Positions 13,010-25,348 of a stretch of DNA of 64,000 nucleotides are shown piece after piece. How positions within the stretch are numbered: position 1 is the stretch's first letter; each line of letters opens with the position of its first letter. The translations under genes and the position numbers were made by a program. The stretch comes from Felis catus (Eukaryota): assembly GCF_018350175.1 (NCBI RefSeq), contig NC_058368.1, positions 32,986,001 to 33,050,000 of the forward strand. Direction: 5' to 3'. The notes under the pieces were generated by a model, which worked only from the letters and a program-made list of their open reading frames with translations, had not been told where the DNA came from and made no database searches.

Positions 13010-13405
13010 GCACTACCTGGTAAGAGAGATGTCCATGCCTTAATCCCTGAAACCTGTAAACATGTTATATTACATGGCAGGGAGAAATTAAGGTTGCAGA
13101 TGGAATTTACTTTGCTGGTCAGCTGACTTGATGATAGGAAAAATTTCCTGGTTTCTCTTGGTGAAACTAGTGTAATCACAAGTGTTCTTCACGTGTGGAA
13201 GAGGAAGTTGGAAGAGTCAGTGTTAGCATAATGTGGTGTGAGAAAAACATGACAGGTCATTGCCAGCTTTGAAGAAGGAAGAGCCTGTTAAGGAAAGCAG
13301 ACAGCCTTTGGAAGCTGGAAAAGGCCAGGAATCACTCTTCCCTGGAGACTCCAGAAACGAATGCAACCTGCTAACACTTAGATTTTAGCCCAGTGTCACC
13401 CAGTT
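13010..13405 (+). mobile_element. MaLR LTR, MLT1D-like
   Basis: agatgtccatgccttaatccctgaaacctgt...ttacatggca...gaagctggaaaaggccaggaa...gattttagcccagtg. Confidence 0.85.
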
Positions 13406-13579
13406 GTGATGTTGTTGATCATCAGGTATTGCTGAGGGTGTGATTTTGTATAACGATTTCATGGTCATGAAGTAATTGCCTATTATTGTTTTAGGCTACC
13501 CAGAAGGTTGATAGTATCATCAAATCATCAATTAACAGGATAAATTCACTTGTCTATCACATCTATTATCCATTCCACC

Positions 13580-13580
<1 letters not shown>

Positions 13581-13624
<44 letters not shown>
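13581..13624. repeat. (AC)n microsatellite
   Basis: About 22 perfect AC units. Confidence 0.98.
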
Positions 13625-13626
<2 letters not shown>

Positions 13627-15212
13627 CCATACCCTGTAATGAAAGTTCCAGCAGGCAATAATTTTGATTTCTTTTCATCACTAATCTATCCCAGACACGG
13701 AAGAGCCCCTGAATTAGGTATGTCCCTTGGCAGTGTGGTGATGATTGGGTGTTTTGATCTTGACTGCAGGAGGGATGAGACATCACATGCAATTAGGTGG
13801 ACATCAAAAACCACAAACAGAAACAAACCAAACTTTCCACATAATATGATCCAGAAATAATGAAAAATAGTTTCCCTTGCTTTTGTATCACAAGCTTGGG
13901 GGAAAAAAAAGTCTTGACACTTGTCAAAAAGCTATCTCCTAGACCTCATAAGAGGTCCTATCTGCATCAGACTGGAAAGCATGCAAGCCAAGATAAACAT
14001 AGATGTTACAAGACAGGGGGTGGGGTGCTCATAGAGGAAGAAAAGCAGATATCCTTGAATATAAGACAACAGGCAGTTGTGAAGTCAGGTGATATTTTAG
14101 GATCTTTTGACTTACTTTGACTCATAAGGTGGTCTTATTTTCTCCTCCATTCTTTGTCTTTTCTACCTAAGAAAGAGTCTTACCATTTATTCAGATGGAA
14201 TGTTGAAACTGGTTTCTCAGTGTTCAAATTGGCTAAAGTAAATATTCCCATTGGTTCACATGAATGCTCCAATTGACTCGTGAAAAAAAAAATTACCTTA
14301 AAGTAACTACAGAAAATTTCAAAATTTTAGGTTTACTACTGCAACTCCCTACTTGAATCTTTGAAAGTATCAAACATAGAATTGATCAATATATAATATT
14401 TTATGACTTTAATTTTCATTTCCCAAATTTCTAATTTATTATTGTGAATATAGGCCTAAGCTTGTCATCTCAGTTTCTAAACTTCTTATTTTTCAAAATT
14501 TGTATTTGTTTAAAAGTGTGTCTTCATATTTCCCTTTGAGTATCCTAATAATATATTTACATATAACTAAGTTGTGTCTCTGGGGAAATCCCATTCCCAT
14601 TATTGATTAATTCTTGTTTCTAAATATTAGTTTACTTGCTTTGTCCATGTCTTAAATTTTTACTTGCAAATTAATTTTTGATTGGGAGTTTTTCCTTGAT
14701 TTTCTCTGTCTCCATGTCATTATTACCGTTCCTCCTTCCCTGCAGGCCTTCTTCCCTTTCATTTTTTGTACATGTTCTCCCCTATGTATCAGTATTTTCT
14801 TTGTTCCCCACACACTCCCCAGACCCTAATACAGAACCTGATTGTATAATCATGATCAGGGTTTTTATAAGTTGCTCTTTTTTTTTTTAACTCATATCTT
14901 TATAAGTTACTAATGCTGTGGATTCAGCCTAAGGAGAACATACAGCATGGCTCAGATACTGGTTTGCTGGCTGGCTTTCTTTGCCATCTCTTTTGGTCCC
15001 TAGTTTTTGATAAAGCCTTAACCCAAGTCAGTGTATTCTTAAATTTTTCTTTAAAGCAGTCTTTCTTTTTACAACAAGAAGATCTTCACAATTGCCTTTC
15101 TTTTCCTCATATATGTGGACAGTCACTCCCCTTTTCCTTAGAGGAATCATGTTGTCTGGTATCATGGACTCTTTATCAACCAGAGATTATTACTACTCAA
15201 TATTTGTGGGTG

Positions 15213-15449
15213 TTTTTTTCTTTTTAATTTTTTTTCATGTTTACTTATTTGGAGGAAGGGAGAGAAAACACGCACATGCGTGTATGAATGGGGGAGGCAC
15301 AGGGAGAGAGGGAGAGAGAATCCCAAGCAGCCTTCGCCCTGTCAGCACAGAGCCCCATGTGGGGCTTAAGCCACGAACCGAACCCTGAGATCGTGACGTG
15401 AGCCAAATCAAGAGTTGGAGGCTTAACTTACTGAGACACCCCGGCACCC
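15213..15449 (-). mobile_element. CanSINE
   Basis: Antisense body gagaatcccaagcagc...ctgtcagcacagagcccc...ccggcaccc with T-rich tail. Confidence 0.93.
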
Positions 15450-15906
15450 TTTTTTTTTCTTTGAGTAAGAATATTTCCTTGTATTTAAACTCAGAAATGC
15501 CTTTCTGGTTCCTTCTTTTCATATTTGTTTTTAGTCTTATGTATTTGGAGCAGTGGGTGTTTTCTCAATGTAAATACTCTGGGGCATGCTAGCAAAAAGC
15601 TAAACTTGTTTTGCCTAACAGAGTGTCAAAAATTAACAACAATGGCAAGGCGTAGTGCTGGTGTGGGTATGACAAGACAAATATGAAAATAGAGACTAGC
15701 TACTAGTATTTCAGAATAGATAAGTGTCTAACAACCTTGTTGACACAAATTCTTTTTTAGTTAGGCTTTCCTTACAAGCTCTGTTACACTTGTTTAATTC
15801 AACCCAATGGGATTTCCAGAACTCAAAGGTGAAGGCAAACAAATAAATGCACCTGGAGAGAAAGAAAGGACCATATGACAGCTGTTGAAGACAGATTTTG
15901 ACCATC

Positions 15907-16940
15907 TGTTATAGAGTGACTTCAACCTTGGGGAAAATATGGTTATGTGAGAATGGAGATTATGAAAGATTATCATAGCACGATATTGTGATTTATAGGA
16001 AATATGTTTGGTCATTCAGGTGACCAAAATATATTTGACACATATATTTGATCTTGATGTACCATCCTAGATCATAGATCCCAGAACTCATGGGATTTCC
16101 TAAGCCATAAGAACAATGGGAACAACTTTTGTCACAATATTTTGTTTCTTATTTTTAGTTAAAATTAGTTACATTTAGTTCAAATTGCTTCGAAGTCATT
16201 AAGGTGAAATGGGTGGCTAGTTATTCATAACAAGCTTCTTTCCACCACTATTGGATTTATGTTAATAAAGGGAGTTGGAAATCATCTCTGAATAGGGACT
16301 GGTTGCCAAGGCAACCCACCATGAATAGAGGGGTGGAAGTTTCAAACCACTCCCTGATTTCCAGGGAGGGGAGAGGGGCTTGAGGTTAAATCAGTCACCA
16401 ATAGCAAATGACTTAATTAATCATGCTCATGTAATAAAGGCTCCATAAAAACTCAAAAGGATGGATTCTGAGAACTTCCAGTTTGGTGATGGCACATGTG
16501 GAGAGGGCATGGAAGCCCTTTCCTCATACCTTGTGTTAGGCATCTCTTACATCTGGCTGTTTCTGAGTCATCTCCTTTTATGATAAAATGGTAATGTAGT
16601 TAGTAAATTTTTTTTTCCCCTGAGTTCTGTGAGCTGCTGTAGCAAATTAATCACATTTAAGGAGTTAGTTGTTGGGACCTCTAATCTAGCTGGTCAGTCA
16701 GAAAGACAGGTTACAACTTGGGCTTGTGACTGGCATCTGAAGTGCAGAGTTGGGGTAAAGGCAGTCTTGTGGAACTGAGCCCTTATGGTATCTGTGGTAT
16801 CTGATGTTATTTCTGAGTAGATAGTGTCAGCTTTGTTTCAAATTATAGGACACTCAGCTGGTGTCTGAGAATTGCTTGGTAGGTTGAGGAAATACACCTC
16901 CTACCTCTGCCAATTGGAATTGGGTCCCGGACCCAAAACA
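15907..16940 (+). mobile_element. Solo LTR, MER21-like (ERVL class)
   Basis: TG...CA ends; motifs gggaggggagaggggcttgagg, ctgagttctgtgagctgc, tggcatctgaagtg, gcagtcttgtggaactgagccc; possible 4-bp TSD catc/cata. Confidence 0.8.
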
Positions 16941-17591
16941 CATAGCAATCATTTATTAACAGAAAAGTTGTTAAATGAGCATGGACAAAAAAATTACCTT
17001 ACTGGAACAGAATTACTTTAAAAATGATTAATAACATTGTAATCAAGTGGGATATTTCTTTGTGCCAGTAATCAATGATATATAAAAATATTCAAACCAT
17101 TTGTGTTTAATTATGGCAAAAAAATTTTAAGTCATACAAAAACTGAATATTTATTAACAACATAAGCTAAAGAAATCTCTTTGAATAAAATGGAGCAGTA
17201 CCAATATCCTGACTACTGCTAAATACATTAGCAATGGAGAAGTTGCTAGAAAACAAAAAGAAAATGGGTCTTAATTAAAGTATTTCTGCCAAGACTCAAT
17301 TTTAAGTGAGATCTTCATTTTCAGTATCTTTTTAAATAAAGTGGAAAATACTTTAGAAATTAATTTTAGGATATTTTACATATTCAGAAATTGTTTTCAC
17401 TTTTTTCAGTGTTAATATTTTGAAGACTTGAATGAAGTTGTATACAATGAATATTGAGTGAATTCTGCCATATTGTTGAAATGAGTCCCAACTGTGAAAT
17501 GTCACAATTTAATCACATATCTGCCCCCTAGAAAGGGGATAATGGAATTAAGAGAATGTCTGGCTAAGAGAGAGAATGGACAACTAGCCCG

Positions 17592-18065
17592 TGTTGTGAG
17601 TTGATTTTCCATGAGTCTTCTACATTTGTGCATGTCTTGTGAGTAGAGGCACTGACTTTGTCGTGAACTGTCTCTTCAAATATTTTTGTATAGTTAACAA
17701 GAGAAAAGAGAAATAGTGTTTCCTTTTGGAGAAAAGGGGAGGTTCATATGTTCAAGATTATAAAGATAGCGACTCTCTGTATTCATTGCCTATTATAAAA
17801 GATTCAGCTTCCTTCTGTTCAGTGTCCCTCTGCTGTAATGCAGCCAGAGTATGTTCCAGCATTACCTTTTCTACTCCACTTTGCCTTGTGCGAATTTGAG
17901 CTTGAGGAACTGGCAAAAACACTAACACTAGCTACTTTTATTGCCATAGGTGAGTTGTGAAGTCCTTTGCTTTTATGCTGATATCTTTTATACTATGCCC
18001 ACATTCATAAAACTGTAGCAGACTAATTTCACAGGGTTTGAGAGCCAAAGCTGATTTTTATTACA
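17592..18065 (+). mobile_element. Solo LTR, MER76-like (ERVL class)
   Basis: TG...CA ends; gagtagaggcactgac, ttataaaagattc TATA-like box, gaggaactggca, cataaaactgtagcagactaa. Confidence 0.65.
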
Positions 18066-18479
18066 AAATTTCATAGGCTTGGGGAGATGTAATAGAAGAA
18101 AAAGAAATATCAATGAGTGTACTGCATTTCTGGAATCAGGCTACCTTATAACATTATGGGTAAAATCACACAAATGGGGACATTTTGGTGAATTGCAGAT
18201 GAAACCCACCCTCGTAACTGGGCAGAAAATAAAACCAAATGTACTATAGAAGGGATAGATTTCAGCCAATGGTCAAAAAATTTCAGAAAGTTTTGGCCAT
18301 TCATAAAGGAGATATTTTTATAGCTTACCATAAAATCCTGCATATGGTAGGACTCTTCCCTGATATACTTTCCACAACTTGCAATTACAAATGTATCTAA
18401 ATTTAAAGGAGCATATTCTTGAACACAAAATATACTTAATATGCTCAGTTAAAGCAATGAAGGATCCAAAGGAGAAATA

Positions 18480-19070
18480 CTTTTAAAAGGTAAACTGAGG
18501 CACGTTAAAATTTAGAATTACCAATTTGAGCAAACACTGATATGAATTGAGTAGCACCAAACCAAAAGTTGTTAGGAGCACTCTACTAACAAAAGGTAGG
18601 AGCAAGGTTTTTATACAAAGAGGTGGAAGCAAGGCAAGAAATTATTTCACTGGTTAGAGTGTAAGTGGTTTACCTTATTTGGGAAAACCTGGTTGGCTAG
18701 GATTGGTTGTTGCTAAGTTTCACTTTCTCAGATTGGGGTGCATTGACTTTGGCTTAAATTGTGGTTTGCTGGGGCGCCTGGGTGGCACAGTCGGTTAAGC
18801 ATCCGACTTCAGCCAGGTCACGATCTCGCGGTTCGGGAGTTCGAGCCCCACATCAGGCTCTGAGCTGATGGCTCGGAGCCTGGAGGCTGTTTCCGATTCT
18901 GTGTCTCCCTCTCTCTGCCCCTCCCCCGTTCATGCTCTGTCTCTCTCTGTCCCAAAAATAAATAAACGTTGAAAAAAAAATTTTAAAAAAAATGTGGCTT
19001 GCTTATGTGGGCTACCAAGGCATTAGAGCCACCTCAGTCTATGGCCTCCTAATTTAAATACTTTAATGAT
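18480..19070 (-). mobile_element. ERV1-class solo LTR, interrupted by SINEC_Fc
   Basis: Minus strand begins ttaaattaggaggccatagactgaggtggctctaatgcc, resembling ERV1 LTR starts; CCAAT and TATAAAA motifs in order on the minus strand. Confidence 0.55.
18771..18990 (+). mobile_element. Young felid SINEC_Fc
   Basis: Near-consensus body; TSD aaattgtggtttgct / aaatgtggcttgct. Confidence 0.97.
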
Positions 19071-19744
19071 AGACAAATCAATTGATACATAGGGATCTAT
19101 TTCTCTTAGCCAATGGCTAATATAGATCTATTTCTATATCAATCAATTATAAATAATGAAGTGATTATAATTAAAAATAATAAAGTGCCTTTGGAAACCA
19201 TTAAGAAAAAAATGGAGACTTTCTTCTTTGCTCATTATCTTTGTTTATAAATAACACTGTATATAAATTGATTTCATATAATTCAGACCTAGAGATGAAT
19301 ACTTAAATGTAAAATCCAATGGTGCTCATATTCATATGGAACTTCTCTGAGGAGTCTGCTCCAGAATTGTTGCTGTTGCTTACTGAGGAAAGTAACCATC
19401 CTGACTCAATTTAACAAATGATGAGTAGGAAAAATAAAAATAACAAATGAAAAACAGCTCCAAAACGATTATTTCCCAAGAATTCAACAATATTTTATAA
19501 GCGATAAGTGAAAAAAGAAAATAGGAAGGAAGAAAAATAAATAAAACCTCAAACACAGTTAAAGGGGAAAAAAATCCCGCAAGTATACATTTTTAAAAGA
19601 TCAACAGCTGCAGGGAACAAAAGTAAACTGTGAATGCCAACAGATGAATAATGTAATTTAAGAAAAAGATGCAGTCATTTTGAAGTAAGAGATGAAAATG
19701 ATCAAGTCCTAAGAATGCTTGCTGTAATAGAATTGATCTGGCAG

Positions 19745-19940
19745 CTCTATGAAAGCAGTTAATGATGCAAGCCCTGAAGTCAGATTGTTGGGATTTGAAT
19801 TCTAGTTCCTTCACTAACTAGGTATAGGGTTGGGGGAAAGTTTCTTCATCTGTAAATAGATATGATAACAATCCTAAGAAACGTTGAGGTTTGTTTGATA
19901 GTTGTTAATAGTTGGAAAAATGCTTAGAGCATTCAGTGAA
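19745..19940 (+). mobile_element. MIR
   Basis: ctgaagtcagattgttgggatttgaattctagttcc...agtttcttcatctgtaaatag...aaatgcttagagca. Confidence 0.8.
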
Positions 19941-20100
19941 AGTTTGCTGTGTAAACAGAATAAATAACAGTTCATAAGTAGAAAACAATCCATATTTCAG
20001 ATAAAACTTAGTACAGGGGCTAAATGACACCATCAATATCTAATTTATGTCTTACTATCCTACCTTCAAATATGTTGTCTTCATTCTAACACAGGTTCTA

Positions 20101-20337
20101 TTTTTTTTATTTTATTAATTTTTTTAATGTTCATTTATTTTTGAGAGAGAGAGAGAAAGAAAGACAGAGAGACAAAGTGCGAACAGGGGAGGTGCAGAGA
20201 GAGGAGGAGACGCAGAATCCAAAGCAGGCTCCAGGCTGTCAGCACAGAGCCCGACTTGGGGCTTGAACTCACGTACTTCGAGATCACGACCTAAGCGGAA
20301 GTCAGAGGCTCAACCGGCTGAGCCACCCAGGGGCCCC
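20101..20337 (-). mobile_element. CanSINE
   Basis: Antisense body; TSD aggttctatttt / aggctctatttt. Confidence 0.95.
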
Positions 20338-20487
20338 TAGGCTCTATTTTATATCACAAGATGACTAGCAAGAGTTCTGAAGTTTCATATTTTCAAGATC
20401 CTAATTTAAGAAAGAAGGGGGAAAAAATCTGTGATTTTGCATTCCGTACAAAAATTTTGACTCCCTCTTAATTTTATGTTCTTTATG

Positions 20488-20827
20488 TATGTTCTTAATA
20501 ACTTTGGGAGGCTATAACAAAACACCTTGGACGGGATGGCTTATAAACAACAGAAGTTTATATATTTTACTTCCCAAGACTTGAGATCAGACAACCAGCA
20601 CAGTCCCGTGCTGGTGAGGCAGCTCTTCCTGGTTGCAGATTATCTTCTTTACCTTCATGTGGCTAGCTCTCTGACCTCATCTTTTGAGGCACTAATCCAA
20701 TTCATGAGGGCTCCACCTTAATGATGTGGTTACCTCCCAAAGTCTCCACCTCCTAATACCATTGTATTGGGAATTGGATTTCAACATACCAATTTTGAGA
20801 GGGCACAAACATTCCAACAGTGATACA
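20488..20827 (-). mobile_element. MaLR LTR, MLT1A-like
   Basis: gctataacaaaacacc...ggcttataaacaacagaa...ggcactaatccaattcatgagggctccacc...gatttcaacata...cacaaacattc. Confidence 0.85.
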
Positions 20828-22689
20828 TGCCCACTACTGCAATATTTGTCTATTCTTGCTCAAAAGATTTCTCTATAATTGGCTTAAATTAACCTAACCC
20901 CTGGACCTGAGGGTGAAACCTCCAAAAGGAAATGCCCAAAGGAGATGCCCAAAAGAAAATTGGAGATTGGTAGGAGGGATAAACGAAAGAAAAATGGATG
21001 TCAGAGAAGCAAGTAACTTAATGGTTGTAATAATGATAGTAGGAACTCAAGGTGAGCCGGTTATGCTTCTGATTTTACAGATCATCACTGAAGGCATGAA
21101 AGATGTTGAACATATACAAGGCCACTAACGTGCACTGCATGAATCAAGTTGGTTAATTGAGAGACTGGCAGAGAGCTTTACCTAAATGGTCACAGAAAAA
21201 TAATGAACTGCACACATGCCTTTTAATGCAGGAACTCCTACCCATTTATGAAATATTGCCCAATGAAGATGAAATTCTCACCAAATAGAATAGGAACAGA
21301 TTTGCAGAGAAATAAACAGAAGATTGAAAGGAAGAGAACATCAGGGCAAATAGGCTAGCAGTAAAATGTGAACAAAAGGGATCAGTGTTGCAGCAAAAGA
21401 GGGCAGGCAAGTACTGGAGACAGTAATGGGCTACGTTATCTGTAGAAAACTTAGAAACAAAATAAATCTTATTACAGTTTATTTTTATTAGAACTGTGTA
21501 CTGGGAATTCTCCCTTGCAAAAGCCACTGATGGGGAAAAAAAACAAAAACAAAAAAACAAAACATTGGTCCTATTCCCCCTGATTTTCAGTGTTTTGGAC
21601 CTGTAGTCCTCAGTTAACCAAACTATAGTCAATCTAGCTGTGCATGCCCCACAAGAGATGAAGAATCCTTTATCTTCTTGAAATACTTCAGAACTCTTTC
21701 AGGCAGGAATAAAACTACCTCGCATCTGCAGAGTGATTTCTAAGCCCACCAATTTCGTGTATTTCACTCTTTGAAATAGTCAAAGAATGAATCAGGAATT
21801 TACAACAATGATTGTGTCCATCTCATTTGTACAAATGATTTAATAATAAAAAAAAATCCACCAGCTGTTATAGCCATCCTTATTTTTCATTCATTGGTAA
21901 TTTAATCAGGAGAGTCGTCAACAATTTGCCAACCTTAATTACTTGGGAGGATTCGTGTAAGAATTTGTGGCACTAGCCTGTCCATTTCCTGGGGAATATT
22001 CTACTTTTCCATCTCAGGATAAAAGTACTCCTATTTTGCTGACTTAGAGATTTACAACAGTTGTACTTTTCCCCAGATCTGCCTAGAGTATCTGTTAGTC
22101 CATCTAAGCACATATATATTTAAAGATCTTTAATGATTACTTCTCCATTTGCTCCTCTTTGTTCCTGATCTCCCTGGATTTCACTTTCTACAGAAAAACT
22201 CCAAGGTTGTTTTAACCTTAAGACCCAGGATAGCCTTCTGACTTGGCATCTCTTCAGTTTATGAGATCTGCCTACTGGATGTTTTTGCCTTTTCTTCATA
22301 TTCCTGTGCTAGAAAATAACCCAAGAGATTACTGAACTAAAAATGCTATTGATACTTTTTTCAATCTTGTGCTCTTAGGGGCCAAATAAGAACCTGTATG
22401 TATTTTAACATGTGATATTATGCAAAAGTGTGCCTTTTGATGCTTGTGAATTTTTCATGCTTTCAATACTGGTGATGGAACCCATCCTTTATTGTATATC
22501 CTCAACTGTAGCATTGGGATGACTGTAACTTTGTCTGTTTTCTTTTTCTTTCTTTTTTTTTTTTTTTTTTGAGAGTTTAGCTGAGTATTTAACAATTCTA
22601 AGACTGACCCTGTTATGCTTTACTTCCATTATCTCTTACTACTGGCTTTCTTCTCACTTTCTTTACCTGATTAGTTATTTTTTTTTTCA

Positions 22690-23003
22690 ATCTCTGATGT
22701 CACCTCCACTTGAGGCAAAAAAGAACGGCTTCCCAAAAAACCCCACCAACCCCCCAAAACATTGGCTCCTAGACCTCTCTCAAATTGGATTAGGTATCCC
22801 CTCTTTTTTTTTCATAGTACATTATTTATATATAGATCTCAGTACTCGTTATATTTAGTGACTTGGGTTTCTTCACTTAATTTTTTCTCCCCAAATGTTG
22901 AAAATCCCTGGAGTGGTCTCTTCTGTCTCTGTATTCCTAAAATCTTACCATATGTAACTCTCATGTGGTAAAAGCCCAAAGATTTTTGGTTGGATGAATA
23001 AAT
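22690..23003 (+). mobile_element. L2 3' end
   Basis: ctctgtattcct...gatttttggttggatgaataaatg terminus. Confidence 0.6.
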
Positions 23004-23881
23004 GCCTAAAGTGTCTTAGGAATAAGAGAAGCCATTCAATTATCTTGTAAGAATTCTGGAAATAGGAACCATCCTACGTGGGCAATGGAGAGCATAACTA
23101 GAGACAGGCTTCAAGATTCCTGTTGCTGCATAAACTTGCCATTGAATCTGTCCATTGGTGTGCCTTTCATCATAAACTGCAAGAACTGAAAACAAGGAAC
23201 ATGAATGTTCCAATGTGATATACAAGTTCATTGGTATATATTTCAAATACAACAAGAAAGGCATTCATAAGATGCAGTGTTGTTTTTATGTGTGGGCTTT
23301 TAAAGTTTTGCATTGGAATAGTAAACACTGAACCAACTGCAACCGTTAAGAATTGTGAAATCTTTACCGTGTTTTTCCAGGCCTGTTTTAGAAATTGAGA
23401 TGAAGAGAAATCATTATTTTCCTTTTATTTGTGGTCAAATTAATTTTATTTTATAAATATTAGCTTTCTGGTTGCTATATTTTGTTACATATAAAATTAT
23501 GTTTGGAGAACTTAAGCCATTAAGCCACAGTAGGAAGAATATTAGGAGCAACAGGGCAAGAGTTAAATAGGCAAATCCTAAAGGGTGAGAAGTATTGGCT
23601 CTCACAGTTAGGATTCTCACAGAAGCCATGCCTTCTAAGAGGACAGTCTGAATGGGAGAAACGGGTCCTTGTGAAGCTTCCAACATTCATTTAATGCATG
23701 TATTCGACTCTCTCTATGTTGTACGGACTTCTATAGCTAAGCTTTTCAGAACCACTGAAATTCCTTAGCAATTAACTATACTCACTGGCAACATATTTGG
23801 ACATGTTGCTTCTTGCTCTGCTAACTTAAACCTATTTTTATCTAGCGCTGAATTAAAACAATTAAAAGATAATGCTCTCTT

Positions 23882-24075
23882 GGTGACCTGGGTGGTTCAG
23901 TCAGTTAAGCCTCCAACTTTGGCTCAGGTCATGATCTCATTGTTCATGAGTTCAACCCCACACCTGGCTCTGAGCTGACAGCCCAGAGTCTGCTTTGGGT
24001 CTTCTGACCTCTCTCTCTCTCTCTGCCCCTTTCCCAGGTATGCACATACTCTCTCAAAAATAAACATTAAAAAAA
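23882..24075 (+). mobile_element. CanSINE
   Basis: ggtgacctgggtggttcagtcagttaagc head, A tail, aatgctct duplicated at flanks. Confidence 0.93.
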
Positions 24076-24818
24076 ATGCTCTTCCCATTTGCAATTAAAT
24101 TAAAACTTAAATTCCTAATATGATCAACAAAAATATAAAACAAGAGGATTATGTGATTTGAGGATTAGTATTATGTGTAAAAAAATATTAAATATTAATA
24201 AATAATTTTGTTAATATTAAATCATAAACATTTAGTAAATTACATGTAATTAAGTATTCAAGCTCCCACAGAAAGTACACTTGTGATATGCCCAAAATAT
24301 ATAAAAAATTATTTGTTACTTTTAGTTTCATAAGTTGAAAAATGATGCAGAGGATATATTAGCCCATTAATCCAAAATGCAGTGACCTGTTATTGTCCTC
24401 GCTCTGTATGTGCCTTATCTTTGTTCAGCCTTCCCTCAGAGTCCGAATTTCATACATTTCTTGACGATGCTTCATGATATAAAAAATCCCTGTGACCTCA
24501 ACCACCCTACTGTAAAAGTGTCACTTTGAAGCTTATCAAGAAAATTTTGGGAGGGTGATGCTGCTGTTTACAGTCCTTTCTCCTGAAATTCCTCTACATT
24601 GGTTATACCTATTTTAATCTTGTAGCTGTGCTCCTACTGCTTTGCCTCTAGATGTTCTAGTCTTGCTTTAGGAAATCACCTCCTCATAATTTCTTCCTCT
24701 CCTGGTTCCCATAAGTGACACATTTCGTTGAGCTGACACTGTGAGCCTCTGATTTTCTTAGGCTCCCATCATTTTTTGCTCTAGTAATATCAAAGACAGA
24801 TTCCCTTTGTTGTCTTCT

Positions 24819-24854
24819 TTTTTTATAAATTTATTTTAATTTTTAAAAGTTTGT

Positions 24855-24897
<43 letters not shown>

Positions 24898-25030
24898 TTT
24901 TGGGAGAGAGAAAATGCGAGAGGAGAAGGGGCAGAGAGAGAATCTCAAGCCTGAATCTAACAGCACAGAGCCTGAAGTGGGGCTTGAACTCATGAAACTG
25001 AGGTCATGACCTGAGCCACCCAGATGCCCC
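24819..25030 (-). mobile_element. CanSINE with (TTTA)n tail and internal deletion
   Basis: gtcatgacctgagc joins directly to cacccagatgcccc, dropping the segment between two ctgagc motifs. Confidence 0.9.
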
Positions 25031-25139
25031 TGTTTGTTGCCTACTTAAAAAAAGTAGGATCTAGGTTCACTTTAGTTTTCCTTTTATATATGTCTTTCAT
25101 GACCTTTATATCACATTTTCTTCATGATTCTTAAATTAG

Positions 25140-25348
25140 TTTTTAATGTTTATTTATTTTTGAGAGAGAGAGGGAGAGAGGGGGGGGGGAATGAGTAGGG
25201 GAGGGACAGAGAGAGAGGAGACACAGAATTTGGAACAGGCTCCTCACTGTAAACGCAGGGCCTGATGTGGGGCTCGAACTCTTCGACTGCGAGATCATGA
25301 GCTGAGCTGAAGTTGGATGCTTAACTGACTGAACCACCCAGGCACCCC
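25140..25348 (-). mobile_element. CanSINE
   Basis: Antisense body ending gactgaaccacccaggcacccc. Confidence 0.94.

Noticed and set aside
23040..23264. Minus-strand ORF with acceptor-like ccttgttttcag
   Set aside because: No recognisable protein similarity and no convincing donor.
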